DNA of 64,000 nt. It comes from Anaerolineales bacterium. GTDB lineage: Bacteria; Chloroflexota; Anaerolineae; Anaerolineales; UBA11579. Positions within the stretch are counted from its first letter, which is position 1, and the number at the start of each line of letters is the position of its first letter. Under the pieces are notes generated by a model. That model saw only the letters and a list, made by a program, of their open reading frames with translations. It was not told the origin of the DNA and did no database searches. Positions 52,598-61,219 of the stretch are shown in pieces. Location: contig CP075367.1 in NCBI GenBank assembly GCA_019454165.1, positions 579,971 through 643,970 of the forward strand, written 5' to 3'. The translations under genes were made by a program, and so were the position numbers.

Positions 52598-53330
52598 TTC
52601 TGGCTCTTTGCAATGTAACCCAGCCGCTGCCAGCCGCCAGAAGCGTGGCCAACGCCCAGGCTGCATTGGCAACCAGCGCACTATCGGCTTGCTTCAACGC
52701 AATGCCAACGAATGCCCAAACCAGTACCAGCGTGTATGCGGCATCACGCTCGCGCAGCAACATGGCTGCCCCCAGGACGCTGGCGACAACAAGCATGATC
52801 ACGGCCCAGCTTTCAGCGCTTAGCCCCCAAGCGCCCCATTGCAGATAGGTCAGCACTTGCGAAGCATTGGCGATCGTGGCCACTGATACCCAACCCAGGT
52901 AGACAGCAAATGGAATCTGCACACACCAGCGGAAGCTCGTGTCTGCCTTGGTGGACTTTACTTCGCGATAGATCGCGATAAGGCTCGCAAGCAGGACGGC
53001 GATCACGGCAAGCGTCAGAGGAAACTGCTCGTAGTGCCAGAGCAAGATCCATCCGGCATTCGCTAGGCTGGCCAGCCAGTAAGCCGGAGCTATCTGGTCA
53101 AACAGCTTGTTGCCGCGGCGGGCGGGTGCGGCCTGGTATATGGCAAAGGCGATCAGGCCGATGTAGATGAGACCCCAGATCGAGAACACGTAGCCAGCGG
53201 GAACAAAACGGATGGCAAAGCGATCCGAGATCTCGCCCGTGGTCTGCCCGTTGATGGGCAGGATGTTGGCGAGCGCATTGACAGTAATGGTCAGTAGGGT
53301 GAAGCCAATCGTAGCTATTCTGCGACTCAT
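52590..53330 (-). CDS. TspO/MBR-related tryptophan-rich membrane protein (tentative)
   Basis: NALANILPINGQTTGEISDRFAIRFVPAGYVFSIWGLIYIGL and several W-rich TM helices. At 246 aa it is larger than canonical TspO. Confidence 0.5.
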   Translation of the reverse strand: MSRRIATIGFTLLTITVNALANILPINGQTTGEISDRFAIRFVPAGYVFSIWGLIYIGLIAFAIYQAAPARRGNKLFDQIAPAYWLASLANAGWILLWHYEQFPLTLAVIAVLLASLIAIYREVKSTKADTSFRWCVQIPFAVYLGWVSVATIANASQVLTYLQWGAWGLSAESWAVIMLVVASVLGAAMLLRERDAAYTLVLVWAFVGIALKQADSALVANAAWALATLLAAGSGWVTLQRARND

Positions 53331-53339
53331 GCGCGCCTC

Positions 53340-55046
53340 TTAAAACCCCAGCTCTTTCTTTAGCTGCTTCTCGCTCTTGGTGCCAGCCGCCTTGTCGCCC
53401 AGCAGCTCTTGCCAGAATTTGTCATCGTAGCGGCGGCTGCGCACCGGCAGCGGCATCGGCACACCCCAGCCCAATAGCAAGACCTCTTCTTTTGGCTGCA
53501 GGCGGGCCAGCATGCCGCGCAGGGCCTCGCGGCCGGCCAGGCCGCTGAGCACGGCGCGGATGTCGTCGTCGTCGCCCAGCCAGCCGCTGATGCGCGTGCC
53601 GAGCTGCGACATGACCTCGTCATGGATCTGGCTGGGGCGCTGGTCAATGATCAGCAGGGTGACGTAGTATTTGCGCAGCTCGCGGGCTATGGTGCTGAAG
53701 CTGGTCTGGGCGGCCATCTCGCGGTTGAGCAGCTTGTGGGCTTCTTCCACCGCGATCACCAGCGGGCGCGGCTCGTGCTTGCCGGTGGTGCGGAACTCGT
53801 TGGTGGTGTGCTCCCAGCGCTCACGGATGCGACGGGTCAGCAGGTTGCTGACCAGCAGATAGTCGAGATCGCTCTCGTGCTTGCCGAAGGAGAGCACCAC
53901 ATGCTTGCCGGCCTCCAGGGCTTTGATGACCTCGCCGATGCCGTCCATGGCTGGCTTCTCAACCACGTAGGCCAGGTTGAACACGCGGCTGAGCTTGCTG
54001 TGCAAGCCCTCGGCGGCCATCTCGTTGACGCCACGCTCGCGCGCCCAGGCCGCCACGCTGTCAGGCGCGGGGATCTTCTTGCCGTCGTCGCCCTCGATGA
54101 CGGCGTTGGCCTTCATATCCTTGAAGGCCTTGAACCAGTTGCGCGGGCCGAAGGTGGAGACCAGCGCATCGAGCGTGGTGGGCGTGGTTTCCTTGAGATT
54201 GAGCTCACGGGTGAGCAGCTCAATGTCCTGCGGCATGATGTCGCTCATGGCGACCTCAAGGTGGAAGTCGGGGTTCTGGCCGCGGATGGTGGTGCCGGCG
54301 CCCAGGCCGACGATCTGCACGCGGCTGGGGAACTTGGTCTTGAGCCCGGTGACGCGCTCGTTGGTGTCCGACGAAGTGTCGTCGAAGCCGTATTCGTTAT
54401 GCATATCCAGCACCAGCACGGAGGCGGCGTTGTGGTGGATGAGGCCGGCCAGCAGCAGGCGGGTCAGGAAGCTCTTGCCGGTGCCGGTGGCGCCGAATAC
54501 GCCGGAGGAGCGCTGCACCAGTTTGTGCAGGTCGATGGCGACGGGGTGGTCCTGCTCGCGGGTACTGCCGATCACGAAGTTGTCCTTGTCGGCCGGGTCG
54601 CCGAAGATCTCGGCGATGTCGCCCTCGCTGGCCAGGCGCACCTGGGCGCGGTGCGGCGGAATGGTCTTAACCGGCAGGGCACGCGGCTTTGGGATCATGC
54701 CGGCTTTGATGGCGTCCAGCCACTGCTGGTACTCGGGGCTGCCGGGCTCGGGGCCGCGTTCCATCATCAGGGCAGGCAGCATCTGCAAGTTGGTGAAGAG
54801 CGTCTGGCCGTGGAGCATGGCGGCCAGCTCGGCGGGCAGGCGGCTGCCGGACTCATCGGCGAAGCGCGGGTCGGTGTCACCGAGCTGCAAGTCGGTCACC
54901 AGGCCGTGGAAGAGCCAGTCGCCGCTTTCCACGACGACGAAGGCGCCTTCCTGCACCTGATGCGAAGGCACGGTGAGGCGCACGGTGAGATTGTCCTTGA
55001 GATTGCCGCCGACGATGTAACCAACGTATTTGGGGGAGTCAGTCAT
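53340..55046 (-). CDS. HerA/FtsK-like (DUF87) hexameric ATPase with N-terminal HAS-barrel
   Basis: N-terminal barrel-like YVGYIVGGNLKDNLTVRLTV...GAFVVVESGDWLFHGLVTDL, Walker A GVFGATGTGKSFLT, Walker B-like SVLVLDMHNEY, and LLIIDQRPSQI. Confidence 0.8.
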   Translation of the reverse strand: MTDSPKYVGYIVGGNLKDNLTVRLTVPSHQVQEGAFVVVESGDWLFHGLVTDLQLGDTDPRFADESGSRLPAELAAMLHGQTLFTNLQMLPALMMERGPEPGSPEYQQWLDAIKAGMIPKPRALPVKTIPPHRAQVRLASEGDIAEIFGDPADKDNFVIGSTREQDHPVAIDLHKLVQRSSGVFGATGTGKSFLTRLLLAGLIHHNAASVLVLDMHNEYGFDDTSSDTNERVTGLKTKFPSRVQIVGLGAGTTIRGQNPDFHLEVAMSDIMPQDIELLTRELNLKETTPTTLDALVSTFGPRNWFKAFKDMKANAVIEGDDGKKIPAPDSVAAWARERGVNEMAAEGLHSKLSRVFNLAYVVEKPAMDGIGEVIKALEAGKHVVLSFGKHESDLDYLLVSNLLTRRIRERWEHTTNEFRTTGKHEPRPLVIAVEEAHKLLNREMAAQTSFSTIARELRKYYVTLLIIDQRPSQIHDEVMSQLGTRISGWLGDDDDIRAVLSGLAGREALRGMLARLQPKEEVLLLGWGVPMPLPVRSRRYDDKFWQELLGDKAAGTKSEKQLKKELGF

Positions 55047-55065
55047 AGATACCTCAAAATAAAAG

Positions 55066-55512
55066 CAAGTGTGAATGTGGAATGCAGAAATCGGAAGTTC
55101 ACTTGGCCACCAGCTTGACGTTGTTGTCCCGGGCGGTTTTGGTTGAAGTGGTGAGGATAGCGACGAGTTGATTGGTCTCGTCGATCAGGCTAAGCAGTTG
55201 GGATGCGGGCACCAGGTGAGCCGCATGCAGTAACTCGAGCCAATATAGGGACTCGTCGGCTTCTTCAAGGGCGATATTGAGCTTGGATATGAACTCGGCC
55301 CGTGAGCGTGCTCGACAGGCTGAACGATAGTTGGCTCCAACGGAAGTCGCCGAACGCAAAAGCTGGTTGCCGATCACAGTAGCACTTTTGCGGCGAGGCA
55401 AGGCGTCCACAAGCCTGATCACTCTGAGGCCGAAGTCTTGCGTGCGAACTTTTAGATCTCTATTGGCAACGGGCATTCTGCATTCTCACTTCTGCATTCT
55501 TACTTGCAGTTC
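55066..55512. repeat. Imperfect inverted repeats bracketing the four-helix-bundle gene (IVS-like cassette)
   Basis: Left arm GCAAGTGTGAATGTGGAATGCAGAA (about 55065-55089). The right arm contains TTCTGCATTC twice (55476-55485 and 55490-55499) followed by TTACTTGC, so its reverse complement reads GCAAGTAAGAATGCAGAAGTGAGAATGCAGAA. Both flanks are AT-richer than the surrounding operon. Confidence 0.55.
55099..55476 (-). CDS. Four-helix-bundle protein (23S rRNA intervening-sequence protein family, TIGR02436-like)
   Basis: VRTQDFGLRVIRLVDALPRRKSATVIGNQLLRSATSVGANYRSACRARSRAEFISKLNIALEEADESLYWLELL is the family signature as I recall it. Confidence 0.8.
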   Translation of the reverse strand: MPVANRDLKVRTQDFGLRVIRLVDALPRRKSATVIGNQLLRSATSVGANYRSACRARSRAEFISKLNIALEEADESLYWLELLHAAHLVPASQLLSLIDETNQLVAILTTSTKTARDNNVKLVAK

Positions 55513-56115
55513 TTACTCGGATAAAGCTCCAAGTACCTGCATCAGCACCGTATAGTCATCGCGCAGCAGGGCGATCAGTTCCTGCGTGGCGCGGGCTTTC
55601 CATTCTGGCTTGCCGGCGGCGGTGTTGGCGGCGGCGGCCTGGCGCAGGTGGGCGGCCACCAGCTCGCCGACCGGCAGCTGGGTATCGCGCAGCAGGTGGC
55701 GCAGGTAACCGAAGCTGCCGTGGTTGGTGAAGGCTACGATCTCCTCCGGGCTGCACTGGTGGATCGCATCCAGGCTGAGCGGGGCGCGCGGTGCCAACGC
55801 GTGGCTCAGCGTCTCGCCGCGGCTGTGGCCCACGGCCAGCACGCTGATCTCCATCGGCACGGTGCGGTTGACGCGGTTGTCGGCGATCACGGTGGCATCC
55901 ACCGGCTGGTCACGCGTCACGAGTTGGCGCACCAGGCCATCGTCCAGGATGCTCAGCTCGTGCACCACGCCGTATATGGAGTCGGTGGGGCCGAGCGGGG
56001 CGCGCACCAGGGCGCCGAAGCTGGGGCGCTCCTGCTCCACAATGGGGCAGCCGGCCACGAAGCCGGTGATGCCGGAGCGCAGCAGGCGCCCGATGGGGTA
56101 GTTGGTCTCGCTCAT
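55513..56115 (-). CDS. Hypothetical protein, N-terminal HAS-barrel-like domain (tentative), coupled to NurA
   Basis: PIGRLLRSGITGFVAGCPIVEQERPSFGALVRAPLGPTDSIYGVVHELSILDD resembles the small beta-barrel at the N-terminus of HerA-type ATPases. There is no P-loop. The ATG directly abuts the NurA TAG. Confidence 0.55.
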   Translation of the reverse strand: MSETNYPIGRLLRSGITGFVAGCPIVEQERPSFGALVRAPLGPTDSIYGVVHELSILDDGLVRQLVTRDQPVDATVIADNRVNRTVPMEISVLAVGHSRGETLSHALAPRAPLSLDAIHQCSPEEIVAFTNHGSFGYLRHLLRDTQLPVGELVAAHLRQAAAANTAAGKPEWKARATQELIALLRDDYTVLMQVLGALSE

Positions 56116-57291
56116 CTAGTTCCTTCCACGGCCCGGCAGATCTTTGAGGGCCTGCTTGTGCGAAATGTCGCCGGTGTGTACGCCTTCGGCTTCCAGGGCG
56201 CGCTGCAACATGTTGGTGACTTCGTCCTTCTCGGCGCGGCTTACCACGGCGATCTCGTGGGCTCGGTGCAGCACATACGGGTAGGGACGCGAGGCCAGCA
56301 GCTTGCACTGCTCTACGAGTGCGGCGTGCAATGTATATAGCATGTTGTGGTCTTGTGCGACCCAGGCCGGCACTTCCACGCGGGCCAGGTTGCTTTGGCG
56401 TTCATCGCCCACGTTGAGATAGAAGAAGTGCAGCGCCAGCGGGCCATCGTAACGGGCTGAGAGCTGGTTCTGGTGGGCGAAGATAGCCGAGCGCTCGCCG
56501 GGGGCCAGGAAGGCGAACAAGTCGGTATCGGTGACGCCGCGCAGGTAGCGCAGCTTGCGGGCATCGCCCAGCTGCTCCTGCGGCGTGGCGGCGATCTCGA
56601 GAGCCCGCACCACCAGATCGGCGCGGGGCTTGTCTACATAGCCGGCCGTGATGGCTTTGGCGGAGTGCAGGGCTTGCAGGGCGGTCAGGTATTTCTCCAG
56701 CGCACTAAGGTAGCCCTGCTGCTCCTGCGGGTCCTGGCTGCGGCTGCCCCACAGCTCCAGCGGGCCGTCGGTCAGGGTCAGCACGGGCAGGTCGTGCGGC
56801 TCGGCGGCCAGGCTGGCGAGAAAGATGCGCTCGTTGGTGTCGCGCTGCAGGCCCACCTGGTCTTGCGTCACGCTGCCGGTGGTGCTGTATTCGGCGTAGT
56901 GCAGCTCGCTTTGCACGCGCTGCACGGGCGCCTGGCCGCTGTGGGTGCGCATCAGGATAGCGCCCAGGTTCACGAGGTAGAAGTTGAGGGCAGCGTGCCG
57001 GTCAGGGTTGATCTGCGAGCCGTCGGCGGCGATCACCATGAGGCTGCCGGGTGCAGCCGGCAGCGGGAAGCGGGCGGTCAGCGCTTCGCCGGTGGGCTTG
57101 GCGCTGCGCAGCCAGCTGTCCAGCTGGGCGGCCAGCTCCACCTTGGCGCGCAGTTCGCCGCCCTTCTCGGCATGCTCGGCCAGCAGCTCATTGGCCTTGC
57201 TGCGCAAGGCCTGGATGCGCTGCTGCTCCTGCGGCGCGCTGGCGGCGATCTGGGCGGACTGCTGCTTGACAGAGAGAAGATCCAATGGCAT
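56116..57291 (-). CDS. nurA: NurA-domain 5'-3' nuclease
   Basis: LMVIAADGSQINPDRH (D-G-S catalytic motif context), LTDGPLELWG and VLHRAHEIAVV fit the RNase H-like NurA fold, and the gene sits in an operon with a HerA-like ATPase. Confidence 0.7.
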   Translation of the reverse strand: MPLDLLSVKQQSAQIAASAPQEQQRIQALRSKANELLAEHAEKGGELRAKVELAAQLDSWLRSAKPTGEALTARFPLPAAPGSLMVIAADGSQINPDRHAALNFYLVNLGAILMRTHSGQAPVQRVQSELHYAEYSTTGSVTQDQVGLQRDTNERIFLASLAAEPHDLPVLTLTDGPLELWGSRSQDPQEQQGYLSALEKYLTALQALHSAKAITAGYVDKPRADLVVRALEIAATPQEQLGDARKLRYLRGVTDTDLFAFLAPGERSAIFAHQNQLSARYDGPLALHFFYLNVGDERQSNLARVEVPAWVAQDHNMLYTLHAALVEQCKLLASRPYPYVLHRAHEIAVVSRAEKDEVTNMLQRALEAEGVHTGDISHKQALKDLPGRGRN

Positions 57292-57406
57292 TATGAAGTC
57301 CTAGAACACTTGTTCATTTTAGCATAACCGCCTGGTGCAACCGCGTGATTCTAATCGCAATGCCTCTGGCAAATCCAACTTAGCGAACAAGTGGAACGGA
57401 GCAGAG

Positions 57407-57907
57407 ATGCAAGAAGCACGCGCCTCATTCAACGGCTATTTCCTCAGCCCCAACGGAAGCAAAGACCAATTCACCCTGCGCCAGCCGGACGAGCAGTCTG
57501 ACAAGGATTTCATCCTGCGCGTCCGGAGCTTCACCAAGCTGCTGGCCGAGCAAGGCTGGACGCCGTGGGAAGCGGCCGCGGTAGCGGATACCAGCAGCCC
57601 GCTGCCCAGCACCGCCGAAGGCAATGGCCGCGGAGCAAGTGCAGCGCAGAAGGCATTCGAGCTCGAGAGCATTCAGCTGGCAGCCGGCGGCGAACACCCA
57701 CGCTGGGTGGTGAAGGGCGGCAACTTTAAGAAGTTCGGCGTGACCTGCTGGCCTGAGGTGCTGGAAGCCGCCGGGATCGCCGAGAAGCTGGACCCGATGC
57801 GGGAGAACAAGCCCACGGGCCGCTGGCTGGCGCGCTATGTCGAGCGCGAGAACGACGAGGGTCGCCTGGTGCCTGACAAAGTTGTCGAGCTGGTCAAGGC
57901 GGGCTAG
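57407..57907 (+). CDS. Hypothetical protein (divergent from the NurA operon)
   Basis: ATG 57407. GC3-rich 166-aa ORF (MQEARASFNGYFLSPNGSKDQFTLRQPDE...) with no motif I recognise. Confidence 0.5.
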   Translation: MQEARASFNGYFLSPNGSKDQFTLRQPDEQSDKDFILRVRSFTKLLAEQGWTPWEAAAVADTSSPLPSTAEGNGRGASAAQKAFELESIQLAAGGEHPRWVVKGGNFKKFGVTCWPEVLEAAGIAEKLDPMRENKPTGRWLARYVERENDEGRLVPDKVVELVKAG

Positions 57908-57932
57908 CGGAAACGTTGTGTAAACTCGTCCG

Positions 57933-58502
57933 ATGACTAGGGTGGCCAAAATTCTCAGACGCGTGCTGACCTTGTTAACTTTTATGGCACTCGGTATCGT
58001 CTGCGCCGGCTTGCTAGTGTGGGCAGGCGCGTATTTGCATCGTGAAGGCTTCCTTTCCCGCTGGGAGCGTTTGCCTGGCTCAGTTCAGGTTCAAGAAATC
58101 ACCGAAGTGACCTCGCAGGACCTGTTTGTCCGCGCGGTGGACGGGAAAAGTTACTTTTGGAGCCTTAATTGCTCAAAAGAGGCTGAATGTGGTCAGTGGT
58201 TGCAGCGTGAGCAACAGCCGCGCGTCATGCCAGGACAGTACGAAGCTCAAGGCCCTGATTGCACACAGTTCTACGATGACTTTCTGTTTTTTCCTGAACT
58301 GGCTGATGACGTTGTCGACTGCAGGGCGGGCAGCTATTCTGGGCCAGGCTCTGCGACAGTTACTTACTATGCCTTGACTCGTAATGGCGAAATCTACATA
58401 TGGTCTCATGCAGGGTCACAGATCACTGATGTCCTTTTGATCTTGCTGACCGTGGTACTTGGTTCGGGGGTGGGAGTTCTTGCTTTCGTAAAGAAACGCT
58501 AG
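57933..58502 (+). CDS. Hypothetical membrane-anchored protein (N- and C-terminal TM helices, Cys-containing middle domain)
   Basis: TM LTLLTFMALGIVCAGLLVWAGAYL and C-terminal VLLILLTVVLGSGVGVLAFV. GC is lower than in neighbouring genes. Confidence 0.5.
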   Translation: MTRVAKILRRVLTLLTFMALGIVCAGLLVWAGAYLHREGFLSRWERLPGSVQVQEITEVTSQDLFVRAVDGKSYFWSLNCSKEAECGQWLQREQQPRVMPGQYEAQGPDCTQFYDDFLFFPELADDVVDCRAGSYSGPGSATVTYYALTRNGEIYIWSHAGSQITDVLLILLTVVLGSGVGVLAFVKKR

Positions 58503-58561
58503 ATGGCAATGACCAGGAACTTGATCGAGGCTCTCTGCGTTTTAGTTAGTGGAGGCAACTC

Positions 58562-58795
58562 ATGAAGAAATTAGTGCTTGCCATACTGTTGCTGGCGCTG
58601 CTGGCCGCTTGTGCACCCAGCAGCCTGCCGCCAGACGGCGCCGAGATCCCTTGGGACGAAGCCGTAAGCCTGCTGCATAGCGGGCAGGTCACGCAGGTCT
58701 TTCAGGCGCATAGCCTGCGCGTCGTGCTGACCCTGCGCAACGGCGCCCAGGTCTCCACGATGGAGCCATCCATTGACGCGGTATTCTTTGAGTAG
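58562..58795 (+). CDS. Small putative lipoprotein
   Basis: MKKLVLAILLLALLAAC lipobox. 77 aa. Confidence 0.5.
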   Translation: MKKLVLAILLLALLAACAPSSLPPDGAEIPWDEAVSLLHSGQVTQVFQAHSLRVVLTLRNGAQVSTMEPSIDAVFFE

Positions 58796-58850
58796 AACGC
58801 TGCGGCGCGCCATGCGCGAACATCGCCCTGGCTACGGAGTAGCGGCCAAG

Positions 58851-59246
58851 TTATTCAGTATTCGGCTGGAACAAGGTGATCTGCAACCCGTCCGGCGAAC
58901 GCAGGCGGGCGTTGAGGTCATTCCACGGGGTCAGCATCGGCTCGTGTTCCAGCACTGCGCCATACTCCTGGGCGCGGGCAACCGCGGCGTGGATATCGGC
59001 AACCTCAAAACAGAAGCGGATCTGGCCGCTGACCCGGCGGCCAACTTCGATCTCGTCGACGCTGGCGGCATAGCTGGGGTCGAATACTTCCAGCGCGGCC
59101 CGGCCGGCGTGGAACATTTGGCCGCGGCCGCCCTCATCGTTGGTCCACAGCGCGGCCGGGTCCAAGCCCAGGCCGTCTCGATAGAAAGCAACGACGCGTT
59201 CGTAGTCTTCGGTGGTTAGCGCTATGCGTAGTTCGGCGACAGGCAT
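58851..59246 (-). CDS. VOC (glyoxalase/bleomycin-resistance/dioxygenase) family protein
   Basis: 131 aa with paired beta-alpha-beta-beta-beta-like modules (VVAFYRDGLGL..., FCFEVADIHAAVARA...). Confidence 0.7.
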   Translation of the reverse strand: MPVAELRIALTTEDYERVVAFYRDGLGLDPAALWTNDEGGRGQMFHAGRAALEVFDPSYAASVDEIEVGRRVSGQIRFCFEVADIHAAVARAQEYGAVLEHEPMLTPWNDLNARLRSPDGLQITLFQPNTE

Positions 59247-59252
59247 GTCAGC

Positions 59253-59729
59253 TTAGCCGATCTTGATCGCGCCGCTCACCGGTGCATCCCAACCAGCGTT
59301 GTTGCCAATGGCGATCTGCGCATCCCACAGGGCGGCGATCTCCTTGGGCAGCGGAGAGCTGCGGCGGGTAGCCATGTCAATATGGATGCCGAGTAGCTCC
59401 GTAATGGCGGCGATCTGCCCGTCGCGGCTGCGCACCATGAAGTGCATCATCAGGAACAATTTTGGATTGCGCTGCAAGGCACGCGAATAGACCTTGAAGC
59501 CTTCCCCCACGCGCAGCTCGGCCTGATAGCGTGTGTGCGATTCGAGCGCAAAACTGCCGTTGCCGCTCTGGGTGTGGTATTCGTGCCCAAAGCCAAAGCT
59601 GTTGTACCAGTTCCAGGTGGCGCGGTCGAAGAAGTGCGTGTACCACATCACGTTCATATGGCCTAAAAAGTCCAGATGCTCTTGCTGCACTGTGCCTTCG
59701 AACGTGAGGGGGAGTTTGCTGAAATCCAT
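59253..59729 (-). CDS. Hotdog-fold acyl-CoA thioesterase (4HBT/YbgC-like)
   Basis: VQQEHLDFLGHMNVMWYTHFFDRATWNWY matches the D-x-x-G-H-v-x-N-x-x-Y pattern. Confidence 0.7.
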   Translation of the reverse strand: MDFSKLPLTFEGTVQQEHLDFLGHMNVMWYTHFFDRATWNWYNSFGFGHEYHTQSGNGSFALESHTRYQAELRVGEGFKVYSRALQRNPKLFLMMHFMVRSRDGQIAAITELLGIHIDMATRRSSPLPKEIAALWDAQIAIGNNAGWDAPVSGAIKIG

Positions 59730-59773
59730 TGCGGGATTATACGCTCAACCCCAGCCGGCATCAGCCGCGTCAG

Positions 59774-60115
59774 TTAGCACAACACTTCAACCGTAATGCC
59801 TCCAGGCGCATTTACGTAGAAGGTGTAGCCGTGCAAATGCTCGGGCGGCGGAACCTCGAAGCCATCCTCCTTTAGCCTGCGGTTGACCTCGTCTACTTCG
59901 GCTTCACTGCCCAGGATAAAGCCAATGTGGAAATTGCCGGGGTATTTCACTTGCCCCACCCGGCCCTTCATCAGGGAGAGTACCAGGCCATCGTCGTCAT
60001 AAAGAAATCCCATGCCGCGGTTGCCGCCCTGATAGCGCATGCCCATGTATTTCTCGAGAAACCTGGCGGCTGCGTCTACATCGGCAACGGTGAGGTTGAT
60101 GTGATTGAGCTTCAT
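59774..60115 (-). CDS. VOC (glyoxalase-like) family protein
   Basis: MKLNHINLTVADVDAAARFLEKYMGM...FHIGFIL... Confidence 0.7.
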   Translation of the reverse strand: MKLNHINLTVADVDAAARFLEKYMGMRYQGGNRGMGFLYDDDGLVLSLMKGRVGQVKYPGNFHIGFILGSEAEVDEVNRRLKEDGFEVPPPEHLHGYTFYVNAPGGITVEVLC

Positions 60116-60244
60116 GCACTTCTCCTGTTCTGTGGCGGCTCGAAATTATAGCGAGGGCGTTGAGCAGCTTAGGTATAATCATTTTTTGCATGATCACCAC
60201 AACGCCCGCCACTGGCAGGGGTTGTTAGTTGCAGGAGCACCCAC

Positions 60245-61216
60245 ATGGCATTAAAGAAGAAGGACCACCTGGAGTTGTACCGCCAGATGGTACTCATCCG
60301 CCGGGTTGAAGAGCGCTCGGCGGAGCTGTACCAGGCTGGCAAGATCGGCGGCTTTTTGCACCTGTACATCGGGCAAGAAGCGGTGAGCACCGGCATTGTC
60401 TCGGTGCGCCAGCCGCAAGACCGCATTATCACCGCCTACCGTGACCACGGTGTGGCGCTCAATGTCGGCATCTCAGCCAAAGAGGTCATCGCTGAGCTGC
60501 TGGGCAAGGAAACCGGCATCTCCAAAGGCCGCGGCGGCTCCATGCACATGGCCGATGTCACCAAGAATTATTGGGGCGGCCACGCCATCGTCGGCGCGCA
60601 CCTGCCCATCGCGGCCGGCATGGCCCTGGGCGACCAGTACGAGGGCAACGATGGCGTCACCATCTGCATGTTCGGCGACGGCGCCACCAATATTGGCTTC
60701 TTCCATGAAGGCGTCAACCTCTCCAAGGTGTGGAACCTGCCGGTGCTGTGGCTGTGCGAGAACAACCAGTACGGCATGGGTACCGCGGTGGACCGTGCCT
60801 CGGCGGTGGAGCAGATCCACATGAAGGCCGAGGGCTACGGCATCCCGCACTCGCGCCTGGAAGACGGCATGGACATCATGAAGGTGCGTGAAGCTGTAGG
60901 CGCTGCGCTCGACCATATTCGCAGCGGCAAAGGCCCGTACTTCCTTGAAGTCATGACCTATCGCTTCGAGGGCCACTCCATGGGTGACCCGCAGCGCTAC
61001 CGCGAGAAAGACGAAGTCACTAAATGGGAGAAGAACGATCCCATTGGCATCTACAACCGCTATATCGTGGGCGAGAAGATTGCCGCTAAGGCTGACCTCG
61101 ACAAGATCGAAGAAGCCGTGGAGGCCGAAGTGGCCGAAGCCATTGAATTCGCGGAGAGCAGCCCTGACCCGGGCTTTGATACGCTCTTTGATTACATGTA
61201 CGCGAGTAAGGAGTAG
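60245..61216 (+). CDS. pdhA: Pyruvate dehydrogenase E1 alpha subunit
   Basis: GDGATNIGFFHEGVNLSKVWNLPVLWLCENNQYGMGT, YRDHG and YRFEGHSMGDP. Confidence 0.9.
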   Translation: MALKKKDHLELYRQMVLIRRVEERSAELYQAGKIGGFLHLYIGQEAVSTGIVSVRQPQDRIITAYRDHGVALNVGISAKEVIAELLGKETGISKGRGGSMHMADVTKNYWGGHAIVGAHLPIAAGMALGDQYEGNDGVTICMFGDGATNIGFFHEGVNLSKVWNLPVLWLCENNQYGMGTAVDRASAVEQIHMKAEGYGIPHSRLEDGMDIMKVREAVGAALDHIRSGKGPYFLEVMTYRFEGHSMGDPQRYREKDEVTKWEKNDPIGIYNRYIVGEKIAAKADLDKIEEAVEAEVAEAIEFAESSPDPGFDTLFDYMYASKE

Positions 61217-61219
61217 AGC

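Noticed and set aside
53622-55118. 498-aa ORF antisense to the HerA-like gene, plus the 327-aa ORF at 53977-54960
   Set aside because: These are shadow ORFs of a high-GC gene with low-complexity G/A/L/V/H-rich translations. The minus-strand frame carries clear Walker motifs.
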